From Alphaproteobacteria bacterium (GTDB taxonomy: Bacteria; Pseudomonadota; Alphaproteobacteria; UBA828), in contig CBDFKL010000006.1 of assembly GCA_965248825.1 (NCBI GenBank), forward strand, positions 1,025,893 through 1,089,892: DNA of 64,000 nt, given 5' to 3'. Positions 17,688-28,346 of the stretch are shown here, piece by piece. Within the stretch, counting starts at the first letter, position 1; each line of letters begins with the position of its first letter. A model generated the notes under the pieces. The model saw only the letters and a list, made by a program, of their open reading frames with translations. It was not told where the DNA came from and searched no databases. A program made the translations under genes and the position numbers.

Positions 17688-19418
17688 CTAACGGGAATCG
17701 TCTCTGCTCGCTCCCTCGAGGCCGTAGGCCTCGCGCGCGGCCGCGGTCGAGATATAGCCCTCCGCGAGGTCTTCACGGACCTGCTCCCGTGGGCGTTTGC
17801 GCGGGTTGCCCCAGCCGCCGCCGCCGGGAGTCTGGAAACGAATCGAATCACCGGGCCGGAAGCGGACATTGCTCCACTTGCTGGGGCTCGCCTTGCCGAA
17901 GGCTTCATCGAACATATGCCAGGAGGTCGTGTTCGCCGCCTGATGCCAAGTGCCGGCGAGACCGCCAGGCTGGCCGCCATTGAGCCCCCACGGCCTGTTG
18001 CGATGGCGGTCGGACATCTGGCTGCCGGTGATCTCGATGTTGAGATTCTTGATCGTGCGCTGTGTGCTGAGCCCGCCGCGATTCTCGCCAGCGCCGCCGG
18101 AATCCGGAACCAACATGTAGGATTCGGTCCGCCACGGGAAGCGGGTCTCGAAAACCTCGACCGGGACCACCCGGCAATTGCCGTTGATCGAATCGGTCGC
18201 ATCGTTGCCGTCGGCGAAGCTGCGCCCGCCCCAACCGGAGAGCTCGATGGCATAGCACACGAACTGCTCCTTGGTGTCCGGATCGGTGCCACCGAACACG
18301 AAGTTGGTGTGGGTCGCGCCCTCGGCCGCCATCGTGCGATCCGGAAGCACCGGTGCCAGCGCGCCGATCACCGCGCCTGCGATCTTGCAATGGGTCTCGG
18401 TATTGCCGCCGACCTCCGGCGCCGGATAGTCGACATTGAGCAGGGTGCCCGGCGGCGAGACCACGCGGATCGGGCGGAAGCATCCGGAGTTCTTCGGAAT
18501 CGTCTCGTCGGTCACGTGCAGGATGCCGTTATAGGCGGCCGAGTAGGAGACGCCGAGCGTCGCGTTGATCGGCCCGCGCGCCTGCGGCGAGGTGCCCGAA
18601 TAATCGATGACGACCTCGTCGCCCTGGACATGGACCGCCACGTTGATCTTGTAGGGCTTGTTCTCTATGCCGTCGTCCTCGACCTGGTCCTGGAATCGAT
18701 AGACTCCGTCCTCGATCGCCCCGAGCTCGGCGCGCATGCGGCTCTCGGAGTAGTCCATCAGATCTTGAACGTTACGGCAGAACTGGTCCTTGCCATATTT
18801 GCGGATCAGGTTTGCAAGGCCGCGCTCGCCGACGTCGACGCCCGCGATCAGAGCGCGGAGATCACCGTAGTTGTAGCGCGGGGTGCGGACGTTCGCGAGC
18901 AACAGCTTCCAGACTTCCTCGACGTCCTCGCCAGCGCTCTTGATCTTGACCGGCGGCACCCGGATCCCTTCTTGGAAGATTTCGGTCGCCTCGCCGGCGA
19001 ACGCGCCCGGGACCATCCCGCCGATCTCCTGGAGATGTCCGATCGTCATGGCGAAGCCCATCAGCTCGTCGTCGACGAAGACGGGTTTGATCAGCGTGTG
19101 CTCGGGACAATGCAGGCCACCGCGATAGGGGTCGTTGTGGCAGATCACATCGCCGGGCTCGAGGGTCTCGAGGGGTATCTCCTTGACGCAGCTCCGCACC
19201 AGCAGAGGCACCCCGCCGATCATCGACGGGCAATATTCGGCTTGGGCGATCATTTCGCCCTCGGGGCTCGCGAGGGCACAGGTAAAGTCGAGCGCCTCAT
19301 TGAAGATCGTCGAATAGGACGTCTTCATCAGGACGATGCCCATCTCGCGGCAGACCGCGGTCATGCTGGAATCGATGATCGACATGGTGACCATGTCGAC
19401 GTCGGATTTCTGGCTCAT
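17688..19418 (-). CDS. Hydantoinase B/oxoprolinase family protein (HyuB)
   Basis: 576 aa. Conserved hydantoinase_B pattern (IDSSMTAVCREMG...NDPYRGGLHCPEHTLIKPVF...). Stop is 1 nt from the hyuA start. Confidence 0.85.
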   Translation of the reverse strand: MSQKSDVDMVTMSIIDSSMTAVCREMGIVLMKTSYSTIFNEALDFTCALASPEGEMIAQAEYCPSMIGGVPLLVRSCVKEIPLETLEPGDVICHNDPYRGGLHCPEHTLIKPVFVDDELMGFAMTIGHLQEIGGMVPGAFAGEATEIFQEGIRVPPVKIKSAGEDVEEVWKLLLANVRTPRYNYGDLRALIAGVDVGERGLANLIRKYGKDQFCRNVQDLMDYSESRMRAELGAIEDGVYRFQDQVEDDGIENKPYKINVAVHVQGDEVVIDYSGTSPQARGPINATLGVSYSAAYNGILHVTDETIPKNSGCFRPIRVVSPPGTLLNVDYPAPEVGGNTETHCKIAGAVIGALAPVLPDRTMAAEGATHTNFVFGGTDPDTKEQFVCYAIELSGWGGRSFADGNDATDSINGNCRVVPVEVFETRFPWRTESYMLVPDSGGAGENRGGLSTQRTIKNLNIEITGSQMSDRHRNRPWGLNGGQPGGLAGTWHQAANTTSWHMFDEAFGKASPSKWSNVRFRPGDSIRFQTPGGGGWGNPRKRPREQVREDLAEGYISTAAAREAYGLEGASRDDSR

Positions 19419-19419
19419 A

Positions 19420-21465
19420 TCAGGACTCCTCAGCGATACGGCCGATCAGCAGATTGCCGTATTGGTCCACTTTCAGGGGTTGCCCGGGGCGCAGCACGGT
19501 CACCGAGACCGGCTCCTCGATGATCGCGGGCCCGGTAAGCGCGTGGCCGTCGCGAAGCGCGGCGCGATTGTAGATCGGCGTGTCGTGGCGGCCGTCGTCA
19601 AACATGACGGAGCGCATTGCCACCGCCTCGGGCCCGCCCTCGGCCTTGCCGATGGTGGCGAGCTCGGGCTTTTCGGTGAGCGACACGACCGTCGCCTTGA
19701 CGGTGATGACCTCGATCACCTCGCGCGGGATGTTGAAGCCGAAGCGCGCCAGGTGCATGTCATGGAACGCCTGCCAGACCTTGGGCGTTGATTCGTCCGT
19801 GAAGGCCTCGAAGGCGACCGGGATCTCGAGCTCGTAGTTCTGGCCGAGATAGCGCATTTCGAGCGAGCGATAGATCTCGATATTCTTGGTGTAGCCCTGG
19901 GCCTTGAGCTCGGCGATCCCGGTATCGATAAGCGAGCTCATCACCTCGGATGCGCGCTTCTGATCGAAGCGCTTCGAGGTCATCTGCACCGTGCGCTGCA
20001 CGTCGACCCGCGCATCCGTGAGGATGAAGCCGAAGGCCGAGAACTGCCCCGGATAGTTCGGAATCACGCCGGACGGGATGCCGGCGTCGTTCATCAAGTC
20101 GGCCGCATGCAGCGGGCCGGCACCGCCGAACGCCAACAGCGCGAAGTCGCGGGGGTCGAGCCCGCGCTCGATCAACACCGAGCGGAGCGCGCCGACCATA
20201 TTGTTGTTGGCGATCTGCACGACGGCGAGCGCGGTCTCCTCGACGGTCCGCCCGAGAGGCTCGGCAACGCTCGTAATCGCCTTCTCGGCCTCATCGAAAT
20301 TGAGGACCATTTCGCCGCCGAGGAAATTCTCGGGATTGATTCGGCCGAGCAGGAGGTTGGCGTCGGTGACCGCCGGGCGGGTGCCGCCGGTGCCGTAGCA
20401 AGCGGGGCCGGGATTGGCGCCCGCACTCTCGGGCCCGACCCGGAGCATGCCGCCCTTGTCGATCCACGCGATCGAGCCGCCGCCTGCGCCGATGGTGCGT
20501 ATGTCGATCATCGGGATCTGGATCGGAACGCCGAATTCCACCTCGTAGTCGGTGGTAAAATTCTCCTGCCCGTTGACGATCGTCGAGGTGTCGGTCGAGG
20601 TGCCGCCCATGTCGAGGGTGACGAGGTGGCTGATCCCGCTCAGCTTCGCGACGTGCTTGCCCGCGATCACCCCGCCGGTCGGGCCAGAAACGGTCATCTG
20701 GATCGGCGTTCTCTGCGCCGCCTCCAACGTCATCTCGCCGCCGTTGGATTTGATCACGACGGCCTGGTCGGTGATGCCGCTCTCCTTGAACCGCTCGCGC
20801 AGATTCGCGATCTGCCGGTTCACCACCGGCTTGACATAGGCGTCCGCGATGGTGGTCGAGGCGCGCTCATATTCCTTCCACTTCGGCAGCACGTCGTAGG
20901 AGATGGAGACCGGAATGTCCGGCAGCTCCTCCTCGAGAATTTCCTTGGCGCGCCGCTCATGGTCCGGCGTCACATAGGAGAACAGGAAATTGACGGCGAT
21001 CGCTTCGATATTGCCCTCCTCCCTGATCTTTCGTGCGGCCGCGCGGACGCCCTCCTCGTCGAGCGGTATATGGACCTCGCCGCTGGACATGACCCGCTCG
21101 TTGATCTCGTAGCAGTGGCGGCGTTTGACCAGCGGCTTCGGCTTGATCCAGGTGATGTCGTAATGGCTGCGCCGGTTGCCCCGCTGGATGAACGGAATGT
21201 CGCGAAAGCCCTCGGTCGTCACATAGGCCACCGTCGCGCCCTTGCGCTCCAGAATCGCGTTGGTCGCCACCGTAGTCCCGAGCCTGATATTGCGAACGTC
21301 GGAAGGCGCCTCGAAACGCCCGAGGCCGCCGAGAATGCCTTCATTGGGATCATGCGGCGTCGAAAGGATCTTCCACACCTCGACCGCCTTCGTCTCAGGG
21401 TCGTATGTCACGAAATCGGTGAACGTGCCGCCGACATCGATGCCCACCAAATAGTCTGCCAACAT
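19420..21465 (-). CDS. Hydantoinase A/oxoprolinase family protein (HyuA)
   Basis: N-terminal LVGIDVGGTFTDFV (hydantoinase/oxoprolinase N-terminal ATPase motif), about 681 aa. ATG chosen over the upstream TTG, which lacks a ribosome-binding site. Confidence 0.85.
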   Translation of the reverse strand: MLADYLVGIDVGGTFTDFVTYDPETKAVEVWKILSTPHDPNEGILGGLGRFEAPSDVRNIRLGTTVATNAILERKGATVAYVTTEGFRDIPFIQRGNRRSHYDITWIKPKPLVKRRHCYEINERVMSSGEVHIPLDEEGVRAAARKIREEGNIEAIAVNFLFSYVTPDHERRAKEILEEELPDIPVSISYDVLPKWKEYERASTTIADAYVKPVVNRQIANLRERFKESGITDQAVVIKSNGGEMTLEAAQRTPIQMTVSGPTGGVIAGKHVAKLSGISHLVTLDMGGTSTDTSTIVNGQENFTTDYEVEFGVPIQIPMIDIRTIGAGGGSIAWIDKGGMLRVGPESAGANPGPACYGTGGTRPAVTDANLLLGRINPENFLGGEMVLNFDEAEKAITSVAEPLGRTVEETALAVVQIANNNMVGALRSVLIERGLDPRDFALLAFGGAGPLHAADLMNDAGIPSGVIPNYPGQFSAFGFILTDARVDVQRTVQMTSKRFDQKRASEVMSSLIDTGIAELKAQGYTKNIEIYRSLEMRYLGQNYELEIPVAFEAFTDESTPKVWQAFHDMHLARFGFNIPREVIEVITVKATVVSLTEKPELATIGKAEGGPEAVAMRSVMFDDGRHDTPIYNRAALRDGHALTGPAIIEEPVSVTVLRPGQPLKVDQYGNLLIGRIAEES

Positions 21466-21579
21466 CTTCTCCCGCGCGTTTCGAGGCCGAACCAAGTCGG
21501 CCAGAGCCGATGGCGGGCCAGTTCAAGAACTCCCTACGCCGCGTCATGTTATCGGGGTGGGTGCTGCGGTGGCAACAGA

Positions 21580-23433
21580 TCAGTCGATGCGATGGATCTC
21601 CACATCGCCCGAGCGTCCGCGAAGCGGCCGCGCGCCGCAGTTCGTCAGCGCGACGCCCTCGCCGAGGCGCCGGCGCGTGGCGCCGCTGACGTGGGCGACG
21701 ACGTCGCGGTCGCCGGGATCGAGGGTCTTGCCGAGTTGCTCGATGCGCTGGCAGATGTTCACCGTGTCGCCGACGATCGTGTAGTTGATTCGGTCCGGCG
21801 CGCCGATATTTCCGACCACCGCCGGCCCCGAATGGAGTCCGATGCGAAGCCGGACCGGCGCTTCACCCTCGGACGCGCGAGCCCGATTGTCCCGCTCGAT
21901 CACCGTGGCGATCGCCCGCGCCGCCCGATAGGCCCTGAGCGCATGGTCGGGCTGGCGCTCCGGCGCGCCCCAGAAGGCCATCAGCGCATCGCCGATATAT
22001 TTGTCGACCGTGCCGCCCTCGGCCTCGACGCATTCGGTGAGGAGCGCGAAATGCCGGTTGAGGAACGCCGCCGTCGCCGCCGGCGGCAGCCCCACGGCAA
22101 ACTGGGTGAAGCCGGCGATGTCGGTAAACATGACCGTGACCTCGCGCTCCTCCGATTGGAAGACGGCGTCCCGCTCGAAGCCGATCAAACGGCGGACCAG
22201 CTTGCGCGGCACATAGCTCTCGAACCAGCGAAGCCCCCGGAGCATGAGGTTGAACGCACCGGCCGCCTCGTCGAGCTCGCGCAGGCGGCTCGGGCCAAGC
22301 GCCTCGATGGTGTCGAACTCGAGCGTGCCGATGCGCTGGGCGGTGAACGCCAACCGCCGCACCGGGTTCGCGATCCAGCGGCCGATGAAGAACGCCGTCA
22401 GGACGCCGGCGAGCACCACGCAAAGGCCGACGATACCGGCCCATTCGAGGCGCTCGAACTCGCTCTCGAGGTCGCTGCCGCGAAAGTAGTTGCCCACGAT
22501 CCACGGCTCGGGTCCGTAGCTCTCTATCGTGCGATAGAGAAAATACCAAGTCTCGCCGTCGACCTCGACGGTATGGCCGTCCATGGTGGCCGGTCGTCTC
22601 GTGCTCTCGGAACCGATGCGGTCGTGCTGCCACATGGCGGCGAGCACGGGGTCGGCGAGCTCGTCGATTCGGGGCAGCGGCTTGTCCGGAGCGAGCTCCT
22701 CGAAGCCCTCGACCAAGGCGGGATGGGCGATCACTTCTTTCTCGCCACGCAGGATGAAGGTCTGCCCTTCCACCTCCGATTCGAAGCCGGCGACGAAGCG
22801 GGACAGCTTCGAAACGGCGACGCCCGCACTGAGCATCCCAACGAATTCACCATCGACATGCACCGGCTGGTGCACGACGGCGACGGTCTCGTAGAGCTCG
22901 GGCGACCAAAGCAGCCCGAGCCAATAGGCTGAACGCGGGCCTTGCCCGGTCGTGTTCCACGCATGCCGGTACCCGGGATGGGCGGATTGGTCGATCTTGA
23001 CCCAAAAGGCCCCGCCACCGCTTCGACCCACCCCGCGCATCATCAAGCGCCGATCGATGAAGACGATCCCGTCGACCTGCGGCGTGGCGGCGACGGTGCC
23101 GGTCAACACATCCTCGAGACGACCGTCGTCGGCCGGGTCGAGCCGGCCGGTGACCATGAGATCGTGGACGAAACGAACCTGCTCCACGGCCGGCGACAGG
23201 TGGTCGTCGAGCCGCTGCTCGATCGTGTTCACCGCCATCACCGCCTGGTTCTCGAGTTGGTCGATGGTCGATTCGACGCCGCTCCAGATGCTGATCACCA
23301 GGACGCTCACCGCCGCGACCAGCACCAGCGCCCCGAGGCTCGCGCCGAGCAGGATGGCGATCGGCACGCTCCGGTGCCTGCGCCGCGCTGCCGCGCCGGC
23401 CGCACCCTCCGCATCGGCGATATCCAAGGTCAT
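21580..23433 (-). CDS. Membrane-bound class III adenylate/guanylate cyclase with large periplasmic sensor domain and HAMP-like linker
   Basis: TM1 (IAILLGASLGALVLVAAVSVLVI), roughly 280-aa periplasmic region, TM2 (WAGIVGLCVVLAGVLTAFFIG). C-terminal cyclase domain VTVMFTDIAGFTQF ... KYIGDALMAFWGAP ... VGNIG..DRINYTIVGDTVNICQRIE. Start uncertain: ATG at 23433 versus TTG at 23472. Confidence 0.8.
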   Translation of the reverse strand: MTLDIADAEGAAGAAARRRHRSVPIAILLGASLGALVLVAAVSVLVISIWSGVESTIDQLENQAVMAVNTIEQRLDDHLSPAVEQVRFVHDLMVTGRLDPADDGRLEDVLTGTVAATPQVDGIVFIDRRLMMRGVGRSGGGAFWVKIDQSAHPGYRHAWNTTGQGPRSAYWLGLLWSPELYETVAVVHQPVHVDGEFVGMLSAGVAVSKLSRFVAGFESEVEGQTFILRGEKEVIAHPALVEGFEELAPDKPLPRIDELADPVLAAMWQHDRIGSESTRRPATMDGHTVEVDGETWYFLYRTIESYGPEPWIVGNYFRGSDLESEFERLEWAGIVGLCVVLAGVLTAFFIGRWIANPVRRLAFTAQRIGTLEFDTIEALGPSRLRELDEAAGAFNLMLRGLRWFESYVPRKLVRRLIGFERDAVFQSEEREVTVMFTDIAGFTQFAVGLPPAATAAFLNRHFALLTECVEAEGGTVDKYIGDALMAFWGAPERQPDHALRAYRAARAIATVIERDNRARASEGEAPVRLRIGLHSGPAVVGNIGAPDRINYTIVGDTVNICQRIEQLGKTLDPGDRDVVAHVSGATRRRLGEGVALTNCGARPLRGRSGDVEIHRID

Positions 23434-23535
23434 TCTTCCCGGTTTGCAAGCTTCGCGCCGGTTCGTCAACAATCATCGCGCGCGCTGAACGCTCGATGCC
23501 GATGCGCGCGACAGGCAGTGAAGGAGGACGAGGCG

Positions 23536-23952
23536 ATGACAGCACCCACGCCACCATCGAATGCCGAACTGGCCCTGCGCACGCTGGCCATGCCCGCCGA
23601 CGCCAACGCCAATGGCGACATCTTCGGCGGCTGGGTGTTGGCACAGATGGACCTTGCCGGCGCCCTTCCGGCGGTGACCCGCGCCGAGGGCCGCGTGGTC
23701 ACGGTCGCGGTCGAGGCGATGCGCTTCCACGCGCCGATCAGCACGGGCGACCTCGTGACCTGCTACGCCGAGGTAGCCAAGACGGGCCGGACCTCGATCA
23801 CCGTCGCCATCGAGACCTGGGCGCGCCGGCGCTTGACCGGCGCCGACATCAAGGTCACCGAAGGCACCTTCGTCTATGTCGCGATCGATGAGACAGGCCA
23901 GCCACGGCCGCTGCCGCAAAGGGCGGCTGAGGTTGATGACGGCGACCAGTGA
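23536..23952 (+). CDS. Acyl-CoA thioesterase (YciA-like hotdog fold)
   Basis: 138 aa. NANGDIFGGWVLAQMDLAG...AVEAMRFHAPISTGDLV...ITVAIETW hotdog-thioesterase pattern. AAGGAGG ribosome-binding site 7 nt upstream. Confidence 0.75.
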   Translation: MTAPTPPSNAELALRTLAMPADANANGDIFGGWVLAQMDLAGALPAVTRAEGRVVTVAVEAMRFHAPISTGDLVTCYAEVAKTGRTSITVAIETWARRRLTGADIKVTEGTFVYVAIDETGQPRPLPQRAAEVDDGDQ

Positions 23953-23987
23953 TCCATGCCGGACAGGGTCAACCGCTCCGCCGAAAG

Positions 23988-24578
23988 TTACCGTGCCATC
24001 CCGTAATAGTCGTCGTTGGGCTCCATATCGATGGCGGCGGCGAGCCGGTTGGTCATGTTGTAGAACCCCGCGACCTCGGCGATGTCGAAAATATCCTCAT
24101 CGGTGAACCCCGCCTTGCGGAGGACGGCGCGGTCGGGCTCGCCAACGGCGTCGGGCCGCTCGCTGAGCTTCCACACGAAATCGAGCATCGTCCGTCGGCG
24201 CGCCGTCAAGGGGGCGGCGCGATAGTTGGCGGCGAGCTGGTCGCCCAATATCGGGTCGCCCGACAGGGCGCGGACCGCGGCGCCATGGGCTATCAGGCAG
24301 TAATGGCAGTGGTTTACGCAAGAGACGACGACGGCGATCATTTCCCGCTCCAGCGTCGAGAGGCCGGACTCGCCAAGCATCAGCTCATTGTTGTATCGGC
24401 GGAACAGCTCGAATTTCCGCGGCCGCAGCGTATAGGAGCGAAGCACGTTCGGGACGAAGCCGATCTTCTCCAGGCATTTGTCGAAGACGGTGCGGATCTC
24501 CGCCGGGTTTTTCCGCTGGTCCGGAAGGCGCAGCCCGTGGACTCTGTTCGTCCTGCGCGCGCGGTTTCTCGCCGGCAT
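23988..24578 (-). CDS. Carboxymuconolactone decarboxylase-family peroxidase-related protein (AhpD-like)
   Basis: CxxHC core (VVSCVNHCHYCLIAHG) typical of AhpD/CMD peroxidase-related enzymes. ATG preceded by GGGAGA. Confidence 0.7.
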   Translation of the reverse strand: MPARNRARRTNRVHGLRLPDQRKNPAEIRTVFDKCLEKIGFVPNVLRSYTLRPRKFELFRRYNNELMLGESGLSTLEREMIAVVVSCVNHCHYCLIAHGAAVRALSGDPILGDQLAANYRAAPLTARRRTMLDFVWKLSERPDAVGEPDRAVLRKAGFTDEDIFDIAEVAGFYNMTNRLAAAIDMEPNDDYYGMAR

Positions 24579-24688
24579 TCCCTGTCTCCCTGTCTCGTCT
24601 TCGGTGATCACGCGGTCGGGTCACAACGCCGGAAGCCGCCGTCGGTAGCGCGGCGCCGCCGCGCCTGACCACGCCCGGGAAGGGCCTC

Positions 24689-25759
24689 TCAGCCGCACTG
24701 TGCGCGATGGCGCAGCAGGTGATCGGCGAGTACGCAGGCCATCATCGCCTCGCCGACCGGGACCGCGCGGATCCCAACGCAAGGGTCGTGCCGACCCGTG
24801 GTCGAGACCTCGGTTTCCGCGCCCTCGCCTGTGACGGTGCGGCGGGGCGTGCGGATCGAGCTGGTCGGCTTGACCGCAAAGCGCACGACGATCGGCTGGC
24901 CGGTCGTGATTCCGCCGAGCACGCCGCCGGCATTGTTGCTGAGAAAGCGCGGCGCTCCTCCCTCGATCCGGATTTCGTCGGCATTTTCCTCGCCGCTCAG
25001 GCCGGCCGCGGCGAAGCCGGCCCCGATCTCGACTCCCTTGACTGCGTTGATGCTGATCATCGCGGCGGCGAGCTCCGCGTCGATCTTGCCGTAGACCGGC
25101 TCGCCGAGGCCCACCGGCACGCCTTCGCCGACCACTTCGATGATGGCACCGACCGAGGAGCCGGCCTTGCGCGCGGCGTCCAGCAACGCCTCCCAGCCGG
25201 GCACGGTCTCGGCATCGGGACAGAAGAACGGGTTTCGTGACGTTTCGGTCCAGTCCCAGCGGCGGCGGTCGACGGCCTCGGTCCCGACCTGGACGAGGGC
25301 GCCGCGGATCGTGACCGCTTCGCCCAGGATCTTGCAAGCGATCGCGCCCGCGGCCACGCGCATCGCGGTTTCCCGGGCGCTGGCCCGTCCGCCGCCCCGA
25401 TAGTCGCGGATGCCGTATTTGGCTTCATAGGTGAAATCGGCATGGCCCGGGCGGTACGTGTCCTTGATCGGGCCGTAGTCGCGGCTGCGCGCATCCTCGT
25501 TCTCGATCATCAGCGCGATCGGCGCACCGGTGGTGCGGCCCTCGAAGACGCCGGAAAGGATGCGCACGCGATCAGGCTCCCGGCGCTGCGATACGAACCG
25601 GGACCCGCCCGGCCTGCGGCGGTCGAGCGCGGCCTGGATGTCGGCCTCGGCGAGCGGTAGAAGCGGCGGTGTGCCGTCCACCACGCAGCCGATCGCGGGG
25701 CCGTGGCTTTCGCCCCAGGTGGTGAAACGGAAGAGGGTGCCGAAGCTGTTGCTTGCCAT
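24689..25759 (-). CDS. aroC: Chorismate synthase
   Basis: [32 protein letters not shown]..., the canonical AroC N-terminus, 356 aa. Confidence 0.9.
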   Translation of the reverse strand: MASNSFGTLFRFTTWGESHGPAIGCVVDGTPPLLPLAEADIQAALDRRRPGGSRFVSQRREPDRVRILSGVFEGRTTGAPIALMIENEDARSRDYGPIKDTYRPGHADFTYEAKYGIRDYRGGGRASARETAMRVAAGAIACKILGEAVTIRGALVQVGTEAVDRRRWDWTETSRNPFFCPDAETVPGWEALLDAARKAGSSVGAIIEVVGEGVPVGLGEPVYGKIDAELAAAMISINAVKGVEIGAGFAAAGLSGEENADEIRIEGGAPRFLSNNAGGVLGGITTGQPIVVRFAVKPTSSIRTPRRTVTGEGAETEVSTTGRHDPCVGIRAVPVGEAMMACVLADHLLRHRAQCG

Positions 25760-25796
25760 GACCGGTCGTGGCGGGGCGTCCGACGCCGTTGATGCT

Positions 25797-26612
25797 TTAC
25801 ACGATCGCGATGTCTGGCGCGTCCGGATGCTTCATGCCGACCACGTGATAGCCGCAATCGACATGGTGAACCTCGCCGGTGACGCCGCGACCGAGATCGC
25901 TGAGCAGATAGGTGGCAGCGCCGCCAACCTCCTCGATCGTGACGTTGCGCCGGAGCGGCGAGTTCAGCTCGTTCCACTTCAGGATATAGCGGAAATCACC
26001 GATCCCCGAGGCGGCCAGCGTCTTGATCGGCCCCGCCGAGATGGCGTTGACCCGGATGTTCCGATCGCCGAGATCGGCGGCAAGATAACGCACGCTCGCC
26101 TCGAGCGCAGCCTTGGCGATCCCCATGACGTTGTAATGCGGCATCCAGCGCTCCGCGCCCATATAGGTAAGGGTCAGAAGACTGCCGCCGTTCTCGCCGA
26201 TCAGGGGAACGGCACGCCGGCAGAGCGCGGTGAACGAGTAGCAGGAGATCCACAGCGTCGTCTGAAAGTTCTCGAGCGAAGTGTCGATATAGCGCCCTTT
26301 CAGCTCCTCGCGATCGGAATAGGCGATCGCGTGGACCAGAAAGTCGAGGCCTCCCCATTGGCGGGCGATGCTCTCGAACACGTGGTCGATGCTGTCGTCA
26401 TCGGTGACATCGCAAGGCAGAAGGAGTTCCGAGCCGACCGATTCGGCGAGCGGCCTGACGCGCTTCTCGAGGGCCTCGCCTTGAAATGTGAAGGCCAGCT
26501 CGGCGCCGTGCTCGGCCAGCGCTCGGGCGATGCCCCACGCGAGCGAGCGGGTGTTCGCGACACCCATCACGATGCCCCGTTTGCCCGCCATCAGCGGCGA
26601 AGCATCGGTCAT
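25797..26612 (-). CDS. fabI: Enoyl-[acyl-carrier-protein] reductase (NADH), FabI
   Basis: [23 protein letters not shown]...Y-x6-K region ([20 protein letters not shown]). About 271 aa. Start at the ATG following a GAGG ribosome-binding site. Confidence 0.9.
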   Translation of the reverse strand: MTDASPLMAGKRGIVMGVANTRSLAWGIARALAEHGAELAFTFQGEALEKRVRPLAESVGSELLLPCDVTDDDSIDHVFESIARQWGGLDFLVHAIAYSDREELKGRYIDTSLENFQTTLWISCYSFTALCRRAVPLIGENGGSLLTLTYMGAERWMPHYNVMGIAKAALEASVRYLAADLGDRNIRVNAISAGPIKTLAASGIGDFRYILKWNELNSPLRRNVTIEEVGGAATYLLSDLGRGVTGEVHHVDCGYHVVGMKHPDAPDIAIV

Positions 26613-26744
26613 CAAAACCTCATTTTTGAGAGCGTTTTCGGCAGGTTGCAGCATCCTACATGAAAGCCCTTGCGCCGCAAGCGCGGGCCCGCCAGCGCAA
26701 CCGATCCCGCTCGTATTCGCCGGGATAGGCGCCGGAACGGCCGC

Positions 26745-27230
26745 TCAGTTGACGATGCGCCAGCTCCCATCCGGGTCGCGGCAGGCGGTGCCGTAGGCCT
26801 GCGCCGTCTCTCCGCCGACGGTCACCGTCGTCTGATACTCACGGCACGGCTCGCCTGAATCGGCGTAGACCGTTGCCGTCGGGGTCACGGTCCCGTGATT
26901 GCCGCTATCGGGGTTGATCCAGCTGCTGGGCTGGCCGGTCTGATTGGCCTCGAGCGCCTCGCCCGTAGCCCGCTCGGCGTAGAGCTGGTCCGCCTTGTCG
27001 AGCGATTTGCCGATCTCCCGGCCGACCAGCGCGCCGAGCAAGACGCCGACGCCGGTCGCGACGAGCTGCCCCCGGCCTTTGCCGACCTGCGAGCCAGCCA
27101 AGCCCCCGGCGGCCGCCCCGCCGAGCAAGCCGATGGTCTCCTTCGACATCTTGCCGTGCTCACAGGCCGCGAGGCCGGCCACCATGGCTGCCGATACGAT
27201 CCCGACGGAAAGCAGTTTGACGATCGTCAT
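26745..27230 (-). CDS. 17-kDa surface antigen/glycine-zipper outer-membrane lipoprotein
   Basis: Lipobox-like LAAC after a signal peptide. GxxxG glycine-zipper repeats (GLLGGAAAGGLAGSQVG...GVGVLLGALVG). C-terminal CREYQ...GTACRDPDGSWR motif of the rickettsial 17-kDa antigen family. Confidence 0.7.
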   Translation of the reverse strand: MTIVKLLSVGIVSAAMVAGLAACEHGKMSKETIGLLGGAAAGGLAGSQVGKGRGQLVATGVGVLLGALVGREIGKSLDKADQLYAERATGEALEANQTGQPSSWINPDSGNHGTVTPTATVYADSGEPCREYQTTVTVGGETAQAYGTACRDPDGSWRIVN

Positions 27231-27410
27231 GACGGTGGTTCCTTCCGCTCGCTCCCTTCGCGCCACCGTGGCGGCGCGCCATCCCACCGGATAGCCACCG
27301 GGACCATGCTATAAGCGAACGAGAAAATCCATCGGTTATCGAGAGTGCGGGCGGACCGATGCCCCCTTTCGTTGCGAACACATGGCTTTGAAGCTCGGAG
27401 CGCGCCCCGC

Positions 27411-28346
27411 GTGAGCACCGATACCGCGACCGCCCCCGGAATCGAGCCGGCCGAGACGCGCCGTCTGATGCGCCGCGCGACCAATCTCGCGGTCGCGACC
27501 GCGGTCCTGTTGATCGCGGGCAAGGCCGCCGCCTGGCTGGTGACCGATTCCGTCAGCCTGCTGTCTTCGCTCGCCGATTCCGTGATGGATGTGCTCGCGT
27601 CCCTGATCAACCTGTTCGCGGTGCGCCAGGCGCTGCAGCCGCCGGACCGGGAGCACCGTTTCGGCCACGGCAAGGCCGAGCCGCTCGCGGGCCTCGGCCA
27701 GTCGGTGTTCATCATCGGCTCCGGGGTCTTTCTCCTGGTCGAGGCGGTCGGCCGGATCATGAAGCCGGCGCCGATCGAGCAAGGACCGGTCGGGATCGGC
27801 GTCATGGGCTTCTCGATCGTCGTCACGCTGGCGCTGGTGACCTACCAGCGCCATGTCGTGCGGCGGACCGGCTCGTCGGCGATCAAGGCCGATTCCCTGC
27901 ACTACGCGTCCGACATCCTGGTCAATCTCGGCGTGATCCTGGCGCTCGTGCTGGCGATGACTCTCGGCTGGCAGCGCGCCGATCCGATCATCGCGATCGC
28001 GATCGCCGGCTTCATCATCCATACCGCGGTCCGCATCGCGCTCGGCGCGCTCAATCAACTGATGGACCGCGAGTTCCCGGAAGAAGAGCGCGAGCGCATC
28101 AGAGCGATCGTGCTGGAGCATCCCGAGGTCCGGGATTGCCACGACCTCAGAACCCGTCGCTCGGGCATCGATTCGTTTATCCAGGTCCATGTCGAGATGG
28201 ACCGCTCGCTCACGCTGTTGCGCGCGCACGAGATTTCCGACGCCGTGGAGACCCGCATCCGCGAGGCCTTCCCCCACGCGGAGGTCTTCATCCACGCCGA
28301 CCCGGACGGCATCGAAGAGACCATGCCGAGCTTCGCCCGACGGTAA
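27411..28346 (+). CDS. Cation diffusion facilitator (CDF) family divalent-metal efflux transporter (FieF/YiiP-like)
   Basis: TM pattern with the signature HRFGHGKAEPLAGL and a C-terminal cytoplasmic domain. Start uncertain: GTG 27411 or ATG 27465. Confidence 0.8.
   Translation: MSTDTATAPGIEPAETRRLMRRATNLAVATAVLLIAGKAAAWLVTDSVSLLSSLADSVMDVLASLINLFAVRQALQPPDREHRFGHGKAEPLAGLGQSVFIIGSGVFLLVEAVGRIMKPAPIEQGPVGIGVMGFSIVVTLALVTYQRHVVRRTGSSAIKADSLHYASDILVNLGVILALVLAMTLGWQRADPIIAIAIAGFIIHTAVRIALGALNQLMDREFPEEERERIRAIVLEHPEVRDCHDLRTRRSGIDSFIQVHVEMDRSLTLLRAHEISDAVETRIREAFPHAEVFIHADPDGIEETMPSFARR

Noticed and set aside
20107-22932. Very long antisense or alternative-frame ORFs in the track, e.g. 20107-22932 (+, 941 aa), 29399-31741 (+, 780 aa), 59977-61845 (-, 622 aa), 3151-4851 (-, 566 aa), 483-1817 (-, 444 aa), 9105-10136 (-, 343 aa)
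   Set aside because: Each lies opposite or out of frame of a gene with strong, collinear similarity to a known family. Their translations are low-complexity and Arg/Ala/Gly/Pro-rich, typical of stop-codon-poor frames in roughly 70% GC DNA. No ribosome-binding sites or recognisable motifs.
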